The notes beneath the pieces were generated by a model. That model was not told the origin of the DNA, did no database searches, and worked only from the letters and a program-made list of their open reading frames with translations. A stretch of DNA of 62,727 nucleotides, counting the filler, from Kipferlia bialata (Eukaryota), in the NCBI GenBank assembly GCA_003568945.1. It is 4 parts of 4 records of this genome, joined end to end, with 100 filler letters (N's around TTAATTAATTAA, not from the genome) between each part and the next. Parts side by side here need not be neighbours in the genome. Positions count along the whole stretch, not along the records: positions 24,801 to 49,447 come from BDIP01000221.1; positions 49,548 to 58,643 come from BDIP01000232.1; 2 more parts are not named here. One strand, written 5' to 3'. Positions 40,269-54,000 of this stretch are shown in pieces. The position numbers and the translations under genes are program-made. Position 1 is the first letter of the stretch. Each line of letters starts with the position of its first letter.

Positions 40269-40299
<31 letters not shown>

Positions 40300-40422
40300 C
40301 CCCCCCCCCCCCCCCCCCCCCCCCGCTCCCTTCCACACCCATCCACCCCAAGATCATAGATCACTACCTGGGCTCTCTCTCCCCCCTCTCTCCCTCTCTC
40401 TCTCCCCCCCTCTCTGACCCAG

Positions 40423-40526
40423 GACATCCCCAGGGGCACATGCATTCTAACTGAGGCACCCATGCTGGAGTACAGGGTGGGCATGAGTGAGGAACAGGTC
40501 CTGGGGGGCCTCTCGCAGGAGGACAG
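40423..40526 (+). CDS. Isolated exon resembling a SET-domain N-terminus
   Basis: DIPRGTCILTEAPML...LGGLSQEDR, with a good acceptor and donor; lies between poly-C runs at 40269-40324 and 40619-40671. Confidence 0.45.
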
Positions 40527-40617
40527 GTATGATGTATATATATATATATACGTATATACACTGTATCCTCTATATCATGCTGATACTGACACTGATTCAG
40601 GGATATAGTTCTGTCCT

Positions 40618-40662
<45 letters not shown>

Positions 40663-40712
40663 CCCCCTCCCAACACGATATGTATCCAGGTGTATCTGGC
40701 CCTCACCTGCAG

Positions 40713-43700
40713 ATGTGTGTCTCGATGAGGTAGAGCACAGTGCACCTCATACCTCACAGAGTGTATCTGAGGGAGGTGTATTGGATGTACTAGTGGATGT
40801 GGAGTGTCTGAAGGAGGGAGAGATAGAGATAGTGGAGGAGAGATCCGAGCATTCGGTGTCGTATGATGCAGAGAGTGGGGAGAGGGAGGGAGGTGACCTA
40901 GAGGCTGGATCTGCAAGTGGTGTTGATACACCTGTTGATACCCCTGCCTCAGGTCATAAGGCCAAGCTCGCGTTCCTAGGGACAGAGGAGGTATGGGTAT
41001 ATATCGTATATGCATTATGACACTTTGATACTCTCTCTCTCTCTCTCTCTCTCTCTCCCCCCCCCCCACTATTGTCTCCCTGTTTCTCATGCATAGGTTC
41101 CAGGCTTGTCTGCTACTATTCTACCTTCCTCATCTTATCGATAAGGTCTATTAGCTTGTCCTCAAGATATCTATTCTCTCTCTCACTCCTTCAGGTGTAC
41201 AAGCTTGTGCTCAAGATTGGCATCCCAAGCATGGTGTCCTTTGCAATCATGGGAATGTATGTGCCTACTCTCTCTCTCTCTCTCTCTCTCTTTCCCTCTC
41301 TCATCCCAGCTATGGTGTCGTTGACTCCATCTTCATAGGCAGGATGGTGGGGGCAGAGGTATGGGACGTATACCTATATATATATATATATGTATATGTA
41401 TATATATATATGTGTATAGTGTGTGTTTCATATATCTATATAGGACTCCATCTTCATAGGCAGGATGGTGGGGGCAGAGGTATGTGCTATATATACATTC
41501 ATACACATATATAGTGTGTGCATCTCATCAATTAATGACATATGTCTGTATATGACTCCATTTTCATAGGCAGGATGGTCATGGCATGGGGGCAGAGGTA
41601 AGAGATGTACTACTACTATAGTTATACTCGTGATAAGTAACCCCAGGTCCTCACAGCCATCAGTGTCTTCTTTGTGATAGAGAAATCAGTCATATATAGA
41701 TGTATATTACTATATATGTTTCATATACCTATGTTAAGATACATTGATGGTTGGAGTATCTGACACTAGGCTCTCACAGCCATCAGTGTCTTCTTTGTCA
41801 TTGAGAACTCAGTCATCAATGGACCCATGATGACACTGTGCCAGGGGGTGGCTCCAATGATGTCTAGGTATATATAGATATACACACACATATGTATGTA
41901 ATTGTTAGTGTGATATGTAGTATATATGCATATACTCTGTCATTAATGGGCCCATGATGACTGTGGCACCCATGATGTCGAGGTACTTCTCTCTCTCCCT
42001 CTCAATATATATATATATATGTTTGTACTAATTCACATTACTCCCCTGTCTGACCCCCAGGGCCCTCGGTGCTGGAGACAAGGCCAAAGCGAACATGGTG
42101 GGTTATCCATTCCCTTACAATTCTCTCCTTCTGTGTCTACGTAGTCGACCTCTGTCCTCTTTGTGGCTACCTATCCATTTCTCTGGCTCTCTCTCTCTCT
42201 CTTTCTATCATTCGATATCAAGGAGTCCAACCTCAGATGATTCCATCTGTGTTTGTGGCTGCTATCTTACCACTCTCTCTCTCTGCCTCTCTCTCTCTCT
42301 CTGTCATTCGACAATATTGACATCCAACCTCAGATGCTGACCTCTGTGTTTGTGGCTGCCTTCCTCTGGGCTGTGCTGTGTCCACTCATACTCCTGCCAT
42401 TCCTGCCAAGGTAGTTAAACTACTATACTTGGGCAGCATACTTGAATGTGGACATATGCATATATGTCCACTCCTACTTCTGCAATTCTTGTCAAGGTGG
42501 GCATTCGCACTCACTCACACACACACACCCGTATATATATATATAGTGTGAGCTGCTTACACCAGCATCTGCAGAGCCATTGGTGTCTCTGACACTGTTG
42601 TGCCTTATCGTATGGCAGGGTCATATGTCTACCTCTCCATATATATATATATATATATATACATAACACATGCACTGACATCAGGATATGTACCCTCATT
42701 GGTGTCTCCGATACCGTTATGCCCTATGCCTTACAGTATGGCAGGGTCATATGCGGACTGGGGTCAGGGGCATTCTGGCTCATGAATGGATCAGGGCCAT
42801 TGCTGAGGTATATGAATGTATATGCATAAGGACAATAATATATATGGTCTCAGGGAGTGAGACATGATTCTGTATAGTTTCATTTCACTGATGTGAGATT
42901 TCTGTGAATACTTACACGATAGGGTTGAGAACCGCGCCTCTCTCAGCATGGTCAGACTCATTGTGTCATCGTGTATGAATGCAGCACTGGACGCACTCTT
43001 CATGGGTGGGTGTATGTATATATGTATCTATACATATATCCGCATATACTATATTTCATTAGAGTTACATTGATGCAGCACTGGACGCACTCTTCATGGG
43101 TGGGTATATGTACATGTGTTTATGCACTAGTATATCATGATAAGGACAATAATATTGCATACGTAGTGCTATATGCATCTATATCTAATAGTGCAAGTGC
43201 GTTCAAGCGTGCCATCGCACCACTCCTGTATCTAAGCTGTGTGTTAGTATTGCATGTGTATATAAATATTTGTTGTCTCACTGTCCAGGTGTGTTCAAGT
43301 GGGGCATCACGGGTGCCGCCCTGGCCACAGTGTGTGCACAGTACACAGTGGGGGGGTACCTGCTGTGGTTCTATGCATCGCCTAGAAGTAGCTCTCAGGT
43401 AGGGGGGTGCATTAGCTCTAACAGAATACATTATATATAGTTTCTGAATGATAATGTAGATGAATGAAATCATGAATATATGATTCTCCCAAGATTGGGT
43501 CCATGTATCACCCAGGACCTGCTCTCAAGTATTAGGGTATTGCATGTTCGTTTATATGGCTAGCTGTTCATTGTTCGACATCTGTAGTCCTCTGACCCCC
43601 AGCTGCAACTGATGTGGACGCATGTACGGCACTTCCAGGCCAGGTGTGTGTTCATCTATCGTGTATTCACGTATATGTTACCACTGAGTGTTCCATCTCT

Positions 43701-46700
43701 CGGTATCTACACATCTATCTGCCTATCTGTCTTCATATTCGTCCTTACCCCTAGGGTGGCAGGACGGGCACTGGTCGTGGGGTCACCCCACATGATAACA
43801 CTGGTATGCACCTGTTTGTTTGAGTATTGTGTCTATCTACTGTACTGTGTCACTTTGGGTTTGACTAACAATATCATACTGTGCCTGAAGTAAATATACG
43901 AGATATACGACAGACCCCAGGCCATCAACGGTGCCATCCAGATTGGAGTTGGAATATGTATATACCTCTTTATATACAAATATGTGTATAGATCCATATA
44001 ACCCCAGGCCATCAACGGTGCCGTCCAGATTGGAGTTGGAATATGTATATACCTCTATATATATACATATATGTGTATGGAGATGCATATAACCCCAGGC
44101 CATCAACGGTGCCATCCAGATTGGCATCAATACTATGCTGCAGAGGACAATGGACAACCCTGATGCGGCTCAGGTATGTATATACATATGTAGGGATACA
44201 TATAGTATATATGTGTATTTGCATATAGTGATGTATGTGTGTCCTTAGATATATCATGCTGCAGAGAACAATGGATGACCTAGACGCTGCTCAGGTACTG
44301 TATTCATGGATTATGACAGATATATATATACAGATAGATGAGTATATATACCTCATACATCCTCTGCTCCATCTGACTATATTTGTATGAATGATATTGA
44401 GACTTCCTGTTACTGATACTACGGCTTGGTATTGCAATGGAGTGGTATTATGTATTCTACTCATCTTACATATATGTGAATATGACAGTACCCATACAGT
44501 GATCAATCTTGCATCTGACCTTAGGCTGGCTATGGGCTTGGTCTTAGGGTGTTCTTCATGGTGTTCTATGGAGTGATGGGCATGGAACAGGGTATGGACT
44601 GAGAGGCTATACAAGTATACATGTATTTTTGTACTGAGGATACTTTTTAGGGTAAGGACTAACTATTTTCATGCCAACTTGGTAATGATCTACTATGTCA
44701 AGTGAGTTGAACCATGTTTATCTCTCTTACCCTCAGCCATGGTATATATGTGTATATATGTATGTGTGTCCATATGAGTCTGAAGCATCTGTCTTACCCA
44801 TAGCCATGGTGCCTGTGGCTGGCTTCAACAGAGGCGCCAAGCAGTACAGACGGGTGGTGGACGCTATTAGGTGATTATACACATATGTATCATTTTCTGT
44901 ATATATGTATATATGAGTATAAGTATATATATTTTCTACCGAGGGGCCAAGCAGTACAGACGGGTGGTGGAGGCGATCAGGTACATATACATACACATTT
45001 CTATTGTTTCCTGTATGTGTCTATGTGTCTATGTGTCTATGTGTCCGTGCCACATTGTCTCTATAATTTTTTGATATAATCCTGTAGCATCAACGACATA
45101 CTATTTATGCGATCACGTATGCGTACACACTTTGACACAAGGACCACCCTGACCTACTCCTGTGTCATAGCTGTAGTGTCAGGCCTGGGTTGTGTCCTGG
45201 CCTCCGAGTCCATAGCAGGTCAGTATAGTCGGTATATATAGAGTTACTGTTACTCATACTGATACTGACACTGACTAGTATCTATACTGACAGTTATAAT
45301 TATGCAGCATCTATACTGTTACTCATACTGATACTAATAACAGGTCTCTTTTCATCAGACCCAGAGACCATCCAGTATGGCAGCACCGTAATCAAATACG
45401 TGAGTACTATTAATTGTATGGGATATCATGATATGCTTGCCTTCTCCATATAACTAGAGACCGTCCAGTGTGGCAGCACAGTCATCAGATACGTGAGTGT
45501 CTGTCTACATCAATATATGTTATTGGCGTTGTCAATTGGTCATATATCCAGCCCTTCAGAGTCTGTCCCCTATCTTACTCACAGTCATTTCAATGTATTC
45601 TGCCTCATGACATTTCCATGGGTGTTCAATGTATAGAATAAATCCTTCACTTACCTCTCTCTCTGACTGTTTAGATCCTGTCCCCTGTGTTCCTCACAGC
45701 CATCACAGAGGGCACCGTCCTGCTCTTCCAGATAGAGGTATGTATATCGGTCATTATACCCGGTGTATACACATGGTATATATATACATGCAGGAATCGT
45801 TTGCTCTCTATATCACAGCCACCAAGTACTATGTGTTGTGTGTGTGTACCGCTCACTGGAGTAAGGTGCCAGCCTGAGTCTCGGGATGCTCCTAGTCCAA
45901 GTAACTCTCTCTTTATCGTTTGCTCTCTCTACATATCCTATAATCTCATGCCCAGGGCAATGGCCGGACTGCCATCCTGCTCAAGCTCTTCAAGACGTGT
46001 GGGATGCTGGTCTTTGCATACATAGTCCCATGGACGCTGGAGAGGTAAGGGCAATGTTACATACTATACATAACTCGTATTCATACACATATACTATGCA
46101 TGTGAGTGGGTATTCATATATATGTTTAGTCCCATGGGCCCTGGATAGGTGGGTCAATCGTCGTCCAATGGGACCCAATGTTCACTATAGCTAACCGCAG
46201 ACGCTCTGCCTCCCAGACCACCATCTTCAGATAGTACCAGATACCTCATATATATATACATATGTATGTACGCAAGTATATGGTTTTCCAGTATATGTGA
46301 CCAACCTCACCCCAGCCGGTCTGCCTCCCAGTCCACCATCTTCCACTCCACACTCCTGATGTTCCCTGTCACAGACATACTCACGGGGAGTATCAGCATA
46401 GGCCTACTCATAGTGCAGTGCAGGTTGGGTTTTAGTAGGATTGTATATATTCATGTAATCACATGCTGTATATAATATCTCCACAGTATATACATGTATA
46501 TAGTCACATGGAGTGTCTGGAGGGGACTATTCTTCAGTCTTTGTCTAGTCATCCTTCACTTACATTAGAAAGATCCTTGCCCTGTGCTCCCATGTCACTG
46601 TAGAGTCTGACCCGGTTGGCGCTAGTACTGGCACTGACACTGTTGGGAAGGCGTCTGGGGAGGGAGAGAGACACACACACATGGTCAATGCTCCAGAGTC

Positions 46701-46734
46701 TACTAGCGGTGTTGATGACGGAACACCAGTGTGA
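40713..46734 (+). CDS. MATE-family efflux transporter (MepA-like), 5'-partial
   Basis: LGTEEVYKLVLKIGIPSMVSFAIMGIYGVVDSIFIGRMVGAEALTAIS...MSRALGAGDKAKA; MVPVAGFNRGAKQYRRV; many hydrophobic helices; stop TGA 46732-46734. Confidence 0.85.
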
Positions 46735-47199
46735 GGCTAGTGGCCTGACGACTTGGTGGCAACCCTCAGTTTCTTTAGCTGTGCTTATATATCGTACCGA
46801 AGTGTCCCGTTCCTGATAGTTACTGAAGCATGTACTTGTGTAATAGAGTTGGTGTGCAGGTAGTAAGTGATTAGCCTACATTGGCTTACAAATGCGTACT
46901 GCTAGAGGCAAACTTCATGATACATGCATGACTTGTGCACACTCTTGTCTCTTGAACTGTTAACCACAGACATCAAAGATGTTCTATTGTTACCTCAACA
47001 ACGCTACCATTAGTAATGGTAACCATTACCCAATCAGTGATTTAGTCACTACACCTTATGTTGTTCTTCTCTATAAAGATGGCAGATACTATACATTATT
47101 CGTGGTCCCAAATGATTCCATAAGGCTAGAATACCCATAGATCTACCAGTCGAACATGGAGGTGCAGTACAGTATGTCTTTGATACGTGTAGACAGCAG

Positions 47200-49146
47200 T
47201 CACCGCCTTGCGCTTTCTATAAGCGCCACGATGTGCCGGAGGGGGTCGGTGCTTCTGTCCTTGACCTCTAAAGGTACAGCAGATAGAGCCCATCCCATGT
47301 CATGGTGGGGGTACTCCAGGGAAGGACCAACCTCAGGTTGGTACCAGGTTGGCAACCTGGTACAGATCAGCGGTTGAAGGTATGGCTTCATAATCTCTAG
47401 TCTCTGTAGGAACCCATGTATGCATAATGCAGAGAGCAGGGGCAAAACACAGACTCTGAGGCAGACGTCTTGCGCCTACAAGCGATCCAAGTACTCGCCA
47501 TTCCTGCGGTGAATACAGTTACCCTCGAACCCTCACTTGAAGACTCCAGGTATATGTATTACGAGGAAACACGTTACCTGCGACAGGATGTCATATGCAC
47601 CCACCACACGGACTCTTGGATCATCACATAGGACACAGGGTGACATTACTATGAGACGCCCCACCATGTAGGATACACCACCCTTCTGCAGACGCATTGG
47701 AGGTATAGCAATGTCAAATGGCTGCCAGCCTTCGGTTACTCTCTAGACAGTAGGGATTTAAGCAATACTGGCAATACCAGTATTCTATACCAGTCTGGTA
47801 AAGTACCCTTAGACTGACAACCAACTCACAGATATAGAAGCGTAGGCGATGTACCTTGTGGGTATGAGAATGTGTACCAGCCCTCGTCTCCGGGTTCGTG
47901 ACTGATGGCGTATGCGATGTTGTCACTCACCACCACCCCGTTCTTTCTGATGTGGGGTGTCCAGGAGCCATTGAGACCACCGCCGGCCTCAGCCTCCGGG
48001 TGGTAGTAACAAGTGCGATCTGGTGTCAATGTATGGAAGTTGATTGTCAAACTAAGGCGAGTTCATTCATGTACAGACATAACCTAACAGGTAGTGGTTT
48101 CTACTTCTCTATACCGGTTGAAGGACAGCCCTCGCAGTCACCTGATATTGTATTAGACAGACTGTCTAATTTGACAGTACAGTAGAACTATGACTCGCTC
48201 TAGAAGACCCTTTTCCAAACGTTGTGTACAAAGGAAATATGGGACCCACAACGTGTTGTATATGTTTATGCGTACTTGTAGTTCTGGTCCTTGTTGGTGG
48301 GGTCTCCAGCTGGGCTGTCAGATACCGCGAATACTGTGAACCCGGTCTCCAGAATGGTGAAGTTGGCGACGGGAATGGAGTCAGACGACCTGGGTAAGTG
48401 TGTCAACTGTACACATCTATTACACATCAACTATATCAATTATATCAACTATATACATATATCGATTTGTTACCCGAACAACCATGACAGAAGATCAATT
48501 GAGTATATTCAGCATGGGCCGCTTTGTTGAGGCCGTACCTAAACCACCCACAGTCCATAGAGACTACTCGACTGGTCATAGTGTCTTCGGATATGGCGAG
48601 AATTCTGCCACCTATCATGTTAGACACCAGTTGAGACTCTATATACACACTAGTCTTCAGGGTAGGGGTAGCCGTATCTACTAGATTATTGATGTGGTCA
48701 TCAGAGAATAGAAGATTATCATTTGACTATCATTGCGTCTCGGCAAAAGATGTATAATGTACCGCAAGGGATAGGGGATCCCCAAACACACTTCACTGGA
48801 GTCTACAGTACGTACCTGGGGATGGATGAGAGTAGAGACACCCCCCTATTCTAGCCATGGGGAGACTGTTGGTGGAGAGAACCAGGTCAGGGAGGGGCTC
48901 GTGAGAGAGGCTAGGGGAGGCGGAGTCAGCCCCTAGCAGTGACACCACCATTCCCATCCCGCAATCAGATACACACAGGGTCTGGTTGTGCCCTATCTGG
49001 ACAGGAGGTGGACGTCTCCTGATGCCAAATGGCACGGCCTTGACAGCGATGTGTCTCATGGACATTGACGTGAATGGCATGGTAGAGTATAGAGATACCT
49101 CTTTCAGTTTGGGGTGCTCTTCACAATTGAGGCCATCCAGTATCAA
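47200..49146 (-). pseudogene. Decayed kelch/beta-propeller-like gene remnant
   Basis: Exon-like pieces MARIGGCLY, VVVSDNIAYAI, MVGRLIV...GAYDILS and SLEYPHHDMGWA, interrupted by in-frame stops; family call is weak. Confidence 0.3.
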
Positions 49147-49447
49147 CTTGGGTATTATTTTTGTTCTACAGTACAGGTACCCAGATAACTATTGAAACCA
49201 TCAAGCACTGAGTATATCAACAGTATGTATGGCCTCTCGACCGATTATCTTACTATTCAGCCACCTTCAAAGGCCAATCAAGCCTTTGGAAGACCAGTAA
49301 CAGAACACCGGCACAATATACAATGTGTAACCCACCAGAGGTGGAACTGATTCCGGTGCGTAGTGCACCCCAGCCACGTGATCCCAATCAGGCTGTAGAG
49401 GGAGTGAGACATGGGCCTGAGACAGACATAGATGGAGAGCTGGTGGA

Positions 49448-49547
49448 NNNNNNNNNNNNNNNNNNNNNNNNNNNNNNNNNNNNNNNNNNNNTTAATTAAT
49501 TAANNNNNNNNNNNNNNNNNNNNNNNNNNNNNNNNNNNNNNNNNNNN
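49448..49547. other. Artificial contig linker
   Basis: N44-TTAATTAATTAA-N44. Confidence 0.97.
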
Positions 49548-49596
<49 letters not shown>

Positions 49597-49677
49597 GATA
49601 GGGGAGGTTGTTGATCACACAGGGACTGAATTAATGCGGGAAGGCATCCCAGATCATTCTCACCTCCTCTGTTGCAG

Positions 49678-49825
49678 ATGGGCGAGAGCACAGGGCAGAG
49701 CAAGGAGGCATGCCAAGGTGGACACAGACGACACAAGCTGGTGGGTGGCCGTCAATGACACAGTCAGTGACTCTGCAGCACGCTGCATGGTAACATATGA
49801 CGATATAGGCCTCTCTGAGAGATGA
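49678..49825 (+). CDS. Probable terminal exon of an unidentified gene
   Basis: Acceptor ctcacctcctctgttgcag, then WARAQGRARRHAKVDTDDTSWWVAVND...LSER*; convergent with RUVBL2. Confidence 0.3.
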
Positions 49826-50349
49826 TTCAGGGCGTCATTGATGCAGAGAAGGGAGGAGGTCACAGAGGGACTGGCAAAACTCACTCCGAGGCTCTCAATA
49901 CTCGGGATCTCTGGCAAAGCGAGCTGCCAAATCGATGGGAACACTTCCAAAGGGACTACGAACGCGGTAGGGCCTGAGAGGTAGTCTAGAGATGTCTTTC
50001 TAGCTCGAACTCTCGGTGATACCCGACCATGCCCACTTCTGGCCTTGGGGACATCTCGTGGGTCCATAATATGCATCACCACGGGCCCAGAGGCCCTAGA
50101 TTAGCCCCTACTGTGGCTGTGTTTAGCACAGTGACTCAGGCTGAAAAGGCTAGAAGTCCAACTCCAATTCTTCACATTCCAGACGTTTAGCCGTTATCTA
50201 AGTACACTAATCACATGGATACTTCCTATGACGCCACAGCCACCACTATCCTCGCTGTGTTCACAGCCCAGACATATATTAGAAACACACGGAGCCAATA
50301 ACATAATGCTGGCAATTGCAAATCTATTGCTATATATGTGTTACAAAAC

Positions 50350-50733
50350 TCACTCCTCATCGGAGTCACTCATGGCTACGTCTCCGTCGTCGTCGTCCTC
50401 TGCCTCTGGGGCAGGGGCATCCACGTCCACAGCCATGCCACCCCGGCCAAGCTGCAGGGCAACACTGTCCTTGGACGCCTGGGTGCTGTCGTGGAACATG
50501 TACTCGGCCTCGTGCTGCTCGAGGTAGTCACAGCTCCTACGCACATCGAGGAACAGGGAGTACACCCTCTTGATGTCCTCCACACCCACCTCCTCCACCC
50601 CTCTGCGCTGGGCAGCCAGGGAGGCAGTGGTGATCAGCTGGATGGCGTATCTCAGGGAGGCCTCCTTGGCAATGCGCACAAGCAGGGCCATGGCATTGGC
50701 AGCCAGCTCCACATCCTCCTCCTCGGCACGCAC
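50350..50733 (-). CDS. RUVBL2: RuvB-like 2 (reptin/Rvb2), last exon only
   Basis: RAEEEDVEL...EASLRYAIQLITTASL...EVGVEDIKRVYSLFLDVRRSCDYLEQHEAEYMF; acceptor ctaactcgcag. Confidence 0.9.
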   Translation of the reverse strand: MRAEEEDVELAANAMALLVRIAKEASLRYAIQLITTASLAAQRRGVEEVGVEDIKRVYSLFLDVRRSCDYLEQHEAEYMFHDSTQASKDSVALQLGRGGMAVDVDAPAPEAEDDDDGDVAMSDSDEE

Positions 50734-50759
50734 CTGCGAGTTAGAGACAGAGGTGGAAA

Positions 50760-50802
50760 GGGGGGGGGGGGGGGGGGGGGAGGGGGGGGGGGGGGGGGGG
50801 GG
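50760..50802. repeat. Poly-G run at the dynein/RUVBL2 junction
   Basis: About 42 G seen directly. Confidence 0.85.
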
Positions 50803-50883
50803 TTGGAGGGGGAAGGTTGAGGGGGGAGGAGAGAAGAGAGGACAGCTGGGTCATCACTCCACAGCTGCCCCCTCTCCTACCAG

Positions 50884-50919
<36 letters not shown>

Positions 50920-51049
50920 CACAGGGGAGGGTGGGCAGAGAGAGGGTCATCACTCCTCCTCCACCCACTCTCCCCCTTACGCACTACCACGTACCTTGGC
51001 ACCTACCTATCCACAAGGACAAAGAGACACAGAGAGTATCACGTCTTAC

Positions 51050-54000
51050 GTATCATAGCGACAGTACGGAACAGGGCCTTGAGGTTCTCAGGAAGCTCCT
51101 GACGACCGGCATATCCTGCAGTGAGATGATGGCACTAACAATAATGACTCTAAAGGGCACCAATAGACACACTGCGTACCGGGGTTCATTGTGATGAAGA
51201 AGGAACACATCTTGTTGAGGGGCACAGTCTCTCCGTCAGTGAAGACAAACTGCTTCTTGCGCTCCTGGGAGTGAGGGCCACAACCAATAATGAGTCAATT
51301 GTACTACTAAGTACACACCTTGAGAGCGGTCAGCACACACTGCAGCTGCTGGGCTGCGACAGACAGCACCTCCAGCTCAATGCGGTTGAACTCATCTGGG
51401 GTCAGGCAAGGATACACTTTGAATCTACATAGGGAATTGTGTCAATGTGAATGAGATAATTGTTGAACACGTACCGAAATCTCCCCAGCAACCGGCCTGG
51501 GCGAGACCTCTGAAGATCTTCCCGAGTCCCTTGTAGTCCATCTGATCGGAGCAGTTGAACACAACAACGAGCATTCCGAGGGACTTTCCCATATCCTTGA
51601 CAGTCTCAGTCTTGCCTGTTCCTGGGGGTTAGGAGGGTGAGAGAATATGAGAGAGAGAGAGAGAGAGAGACCACTCACCGGCAGGTCCAGCGGGGGCACC
51701 TCCGAGGAACATACCGATAGCCTGGGCAAGGGTGATGTAGCATCTGGGATGAGTAGATATCATAGAGAGTGCCATAAACAATGGAAGTCGAATGATCCCT
51801 CACACACTGCATCCACTCCACTCACCTATCAGTGAGGGGTGTGATAACCAGACGCTCCTGGGTTCCCAGGTACTCGTAGTTGTAGCGGAAGTCAATATCT
51901 GGGGTGGGACATCATCGGTACAAGGGAGAGAGAGATGCAATAGAGATATGTACAACGCACCAGTGATCTGGATTCTGCAGAAGTCTCTGTCGACGTCCCA
52001 GTAGGCTCTGGTCTGCTTGAGCCACTCAAAGTCAACGGGGGAGCGGATGCGCTGCTTCACTGTCGGTAAGACGAGTCATAGAAAGAGACTGAGAGAGATA
52101 ATGTGTGTGTGTAAGGAGAGAAGGTAGAAAGAAAATGAACTCACGCACCGAGCTGCTCAAAGACATCCCTCTGGTGAACCTGGATGGTCACAAGGGTCTC
52201 AACAGTCATCCTCTGGCGCTTGGTGAGCTCCTGAGGGTGAGAGAGGGATGGGCTTGAGTATAATATACTACATCATTGAGTGAATTGCACGCACCGTGGT
52301 TGTGAGGACAATCATGGTGTCGAGCACGTCGTTGACCCTCTTGAGGGTGGCGCCCATGATGGACTTGTCGGTCTTGGCCATCTTGAGGGCCTGCTCACAG
52401 ACGGCAGTCCACAGGAGCTGGATGCCGAACAGGGAAACCTGGGCGGGGAAGGACTCGATGAAGGCGGGCAGGTCCTGGGTGAGCACGTCTGCCGAGGCCG
52501 AGCGCATGACGTCCTTGATGGACCTCTGCATGGCGCCAATGAGGTCGTTGAGCCAGTCCTCGATGTTGCCCTTGGCCTCGACGGGCTTGGAGAGCTCGAC
52601 GTACTCGCCGAGCCTGTCGTTGAGTCCGACAACCAGGCCACGCTTGACCCTGTCGAAGGTGATCCTGTTGACAGAGTCGAAGATGGAGGACAGATGGGGC
52701 TGGACGGCCTGGGGTGAGGGAAGGGGGGGGGGCGGGGAGGGGCATAGTATATGAACCCATTGCTTAAAGGGTTACCTTGGGGTCAGACTGCTGTCCGAGG
52801 ATCTCGAGCAGTACGGGGTCAGACACAAAGTAGAACCTAGGGAACAGGTTTCTCTTCTGCTCGAGGTATCCGGACAGGGACTTCTGGCAGATCTCTAGCT
52901 GCTGAGGGTGAGTGGCTGGACCACAGTGTGAGATTGACAATAGACAGAAGAATACTAACTATTGTTAGTATACACGTACCTCCAGGAGGTAGGGCAGCAC
53001 CGACTTGAGGGTGTCGTCTGAGTTTGTGAGGTGGACGACATTGGGGGACTGGACAGCGGTGCCCATGATGTTGATCCACTTGGAGTCAATGTTGGAGAAC
53101 CTCTTGGCCTCCTGGGGCAGCTGCAGCCTGATGTCTCCACCGGAGAACACAGCCTCGAGGTACAGCCAGGACTGCTGCACCTGGAGCCACAGGTTGAGGA
53201 TCTCCTCAACGGTGGACAGGGCCTTGACCCACCACACAATCTTCTCCTTGAAGAAGGCGTTGTACCTGTTGGACACGAGGGATCCAAGGATCATCTGAAG
53301 GTGAGGAGTTATAGTAATAGAAAGGGTAGTTATAAACATCAATCCCCCTAACCTGTGTATCCTCGAGGAGTGCAATGAGCTCACTGGTCTCAGATGGAGC
53401 CAGGAGCAGGAGGCCACGGGTCTTGAACTGCTCAAAGTTGAACACCTGGTCCTGCCAGTCGACAGACACCACACGCAGCTTCTCCTCGATGTCAAGCTCC
53501 TTGACGGCGCTGTTGCAGATATCCTCGATGTCCTCCTTGTTGTCGAGGAGGGGGGCAGCCAGAAGGGCCTTCAGCTTGAAGTTCTCGACATCGTCAAACT
53601 CGAGCTTGGTGCCGCACAGGCTGGAGATGGTCTCCCAGTGCCTGGGGGTGAGTATAAGAAACAAGGTATAAAAAGGGAAACAAGAAATAGTGATATTGTA
53701 CCTTGGCTTGACGGCGTCGTTAGAGAGGAGCTGGAAGATGGGGAGGGACTCGCCAAAGTCCTCAATCTTCTGCTTCAGCTCGTCATAGGCCTGCCAGGAA
53801 CGCATGGCCTTGGGGAGCCTGTTGCACCTGGACTGGTAGTCACTCATCTGCTCGGCAATGACGTCGAAGTCAAGGTCGACCCACAGCACATCGCCATAGC
53901 CTAGTGGGTTAGTAAGAATAGACACACGCAATGGAGACTGGTCATCACATACCGTCGACAGTGGTCAGAACGTCAGTGTACAGGCCGTACAGAGCGTTGA

